Below, in pieces: positions 61,153 to 64,000 of a stretch of 64,000 nucleotides of DNA; positions within the stretch are counted from its first letter, which is position 1; the number at the start of each line of letters is the position of its first letter. The notes beneath the pieces are model-generated. The model was given only the letters and a program-made list of their open reading frames with translations, searched no databases and was not told the DNA's origin. Origin of the DNA: Macrostomum hystrix (taxonomy: Eukaryota > Animalia > Platyhelminthes); assembly GCA_950097015.1 (NCBI GenBank), contig CATNEN010000008.1, forward strand, positions 3,038,001 through 3,102,000, given 5' to 3'. The position numbers were made by a program, and so were the translations under genes.

Positions 61153-64000
61153 TCAGTAGTCTCTATGGAGCAGCAGAAGTGCTGGTGGCACGAGGATGAG
61201 CCATAGACAACTTCTGGGTGACCATGCATGATTGTTCAGGCCGGAGAAGAGAATGCTCGGATCTGATTGGCCAACAGTGGGGATAGCCAAGTTAGTGCAC
61301 AATTCAAAACAGTGTTCTACGCTCGTGTACACTCTCCCTGTCCTAGTTATCAGTATAATTTAGATTTTATACAGAGAGTCCGATTGTCCTGAAGGAAATC
61401 ATTCTTGATTCCAGCTGCAAGAATTCTACCAACGAATATTCTATTTACCACAGAGACTACAAACGTACGCTATATTATCACTGCCCATTAGCTTCCTCTC
61501 CTCATTCTCTCTCCCTTCATTCTCCCTTCATTCTCTCTCTCCCTCCATTCTCCCTCCATTCTCCCTCCCTTCATTCTCACTCCCTCCATTCTCCCTCCAT
61601 TCTCTCTCCCTTCATTTTCCCTGTTCATTATCCTTTTCTTCATTCTCCCTCCCTTCATTGTCCCTCCCTTCATTGTCCCTCCCTTCATTGTCCCTCCCTT
61701 CATTGTTCCTCCCTTCATTGTCCCTCCCTTCATTGTCCCTCCCTTCATTGTCCCTCCCTTCATTGTCCCTTCCTTCATTCCCCCAACGGCCCCTCTCCGC
61801 CCTCCGAATTTCTCACTTATCTGGCTCTCGAAGAAGTAGTTGGCGTGGAAGCCAGCCGCCGAGTAATGGTTGTTGCTGACGAAGGTCAGTCGCAGGCAGG
61901 TGGTCCGGCGGGTCACGGAGTAGGCGGTGCCGGGCTCCGGCTTGCCGCAGAAGGTCTGCAGCCGGTAGTTGGGCCTGTGGCACTCCTCCACCAGCACGTA
62001 GTCGCTGTCTTCGGGCAGGCAGCTGGGATCGGTGGCGGCGGACGAGGCTTGATGTTTGATGGCAACTGAACTGGGTTCTGTAGTGACTGAGTGTCAGTCG
62101 CGACACGCAGAGTAACAATGGGATGGACAGAAATCGAGGAGACACAGGTACATACTCTAACATTGGGGTACATCTACCCAGACCTTTTCATTATCAGACT
62201 GTAAAATCTCACTCATGGGCCGCCTAAATTGTACGATCAGTTCGATTAATCAGTCTGGGCCTTCCCCCTAAATTGATGTGTCCTCGCCACGGATTCGAAC
62301 TCAGGAAGCTCTCGATCTCTCTCCCCGAAAGAGTGTCCGAAGCGGCCAATCAGGCTTGGAATCAGCCGGGGGACTCACAGGCTCGAGGATTCTGTTTCGT
62401 AGTTGGTGAACTCGATCCGGATTCGCTCCCCTGGGCGCGCCTGGAACACGTAGTGGCAGGCGAGGCTCTCGGGGTAAGTGTGCGGGTAGTTCGGGCTGGT
62501 GAAGCTGCCTCGGACGCTCTGCCAGCTGCGGAACTCGAAGTAGCAGTCGGCGCCACGATTCTGGTTCTTGAACTCGCCGCTAACGCCGTAGTCTGGAGAG
62601 GAGGGGCAGTTGATGAAGAGTCGCCAATCACAGTCGCTCATGTACACGGGCTGTGAGCTGCTTGCCCTTTTGAGCTCGAACTCCTATATGCATTATCGAT
62701 ATCTACGCTTGAAATGAGACAACTTCAGGTCATCATAGTTGACATGTGACTCGTGACTGACGTTAGAGAATCAGAGGTCCCTTATACTTCTACACGAAGC
62801 CAATTCTTCTACACGGGGGCCAATCCTACAGGTATAAATTGCACCAACCAAACCCAGGTTTTAACTACCAGAACGCCTAAAATATCATGGATCGAGCAGT
62901 TAATTCGGACATGCGCAACCGTGAGACCCCTCTCCACAACTGTACCGACCTCTCACGAAGCTGTAGGTGAATTCCAGTCCGCCGCGAGTCCTCGAATCTG
63001 CGGTGGCGTTGAAGGTGACGACCAGGCGGGCCAGACTGGAGCTCATGACGCGCACCGGACGGTCGCGGCTCACTCGGCAGAAGGCGAGCGGCGGTGCCGC
63101 CTCTTCGCGGTCTCCGCCACCTGGCTCCCGCAAGAACTTGGTGATGAGCACCCGGTCGCCGTCACTCCTGGCGCTGCAGCCCGCGCCGCTTAGCAACCCA
63201 GATGGCGGCGATGGTTCCAAATCGACGTGCCGCAGCTCCACGACGATTCGCTCATCCTTCACACCTCGAAGATCCCAGGTGCAGACGCCTCGCTTGTAGC
63301 CCAACGGGAAGTCGTGAGTTCGAACCTGGCCGGACAGCGGCGCCGAGCCTCTGATGATCACAGGCTCCCTTGGACAATCGGGAGAGGAGGCCGCTGTTGA
63401 TGACTGCGGCCTTGGCTGTGGCTTTGGCGGCGGCTGCGGCTGCGTCAATGGGATGAACGGACGCGTCGGTGGAGAAGGCGACGGTTTCAGCTGCATCGGT
63501 GGTGGCATCGACCGGCGGAAGAAGCGGTAAGTGGCGGCAAAGCCCAACTCGCCAGGACCAACAATGGCGTCGGAGCGAAACTCGAGCGTCAAATGGCGAC
63601 CCTCCGACCAGAAGTCGTCAACTGTGCGACGGCCGCACCGGGCTGTGACGCGGCTGCTGAAGTCGACGCCGTAGCCATCGAAAATCAGCAGACGGTCGCC
63701 AATGTAATCGATGCCGCAGGTCCTGCTAAAGGTAAGGAGTCTGTCTTATCTCTGTCCTCGTACCTTTTATTGTCGGTACCTGGCCTGGGCACCGAAATCC
63801 AACCACAGTCCGCATAAACTATAAAGCTGCGCCTCACCCAGTCTCCGAGCCCAGACTGAAGGCCGAGAAGCTGATGCAGACTGTTTCGTCCGGCTCGCCA
63901 AAGAACCTGTACGTGACACGGGCCAGCGGCGGATAGGCGCGGGGGAAGTCCGGGCTGGTGAAGCTGCCCTCCTTGGCGTTGCTGCTAAAGAACTGATGCT
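61153..64000 (-). CDS. Multi-CUB-domain extracellular protein (SOL-1-like?), 5' part outside the window; exons >64000-63838, 63725-62957, 62650-62379, 62070-61817, 61262-61153
   Basis: Three CUB repeats (GSFTSPDFP..YP..., GQVRTHDFP..Y..CTW, GSFTSPNYPHTYPESLACHYVF...GFHANY). Phases 2/0/2/1 join in frame. Hydrophobic C-terminus WSPRSCLWLILVPPALLLLHRDY*. The 62070 acceptor is weak. Confidence 0.82.
61490..61790. repeat. 15-bp pyrimidine-rich minisatellite (CATTGTCCCTCCCTT) in the last CUB-gene intron
   Basis: Tandem periodicity; source of the KGGTM repeats in ORF 61488-61997. Confidence 0.9.

Overview
Eukaryotic (metazoan) genomic DNA. The minisatellite-filled introns and flatworm-like tropomyosin suggest a free-living flatworm such as Macrostomum; this is inference, not verified. 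From left to right the window holds: (1) the 3' half of a tropomyosin gene with two interleaved, largely non-interchangeable exon series (1717-9683); (2) an internally deleted Mutator-like element with 69/70-bp TIRs and a 9-bp TSD (12053-13227); (3) a 3-exon syntaxin-7/12 gene; (4) a 4-exon gene resembling C14orf93/DUF4616; (5) an exact head-to-tail dimer of a 12.7-kb Helitron2/Helentron-type rolling-circle element (28810-54209), each copy encoding OTU-Rep and a PIF1 helicase in one frame split by a single TAA; (6) calcineurin B with a GC-AG intron; (7) the 3' part of a multi-CUB gene on the minus strand with a GPI-signal-like tail. About 15 distinct minisatellite arrays lie in host introns and intergenic DNA, and they produce most of the long ORFs in the supplied track. 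All exon models were built by hand from splice sites, phase and protein motifs. No database searches were run.
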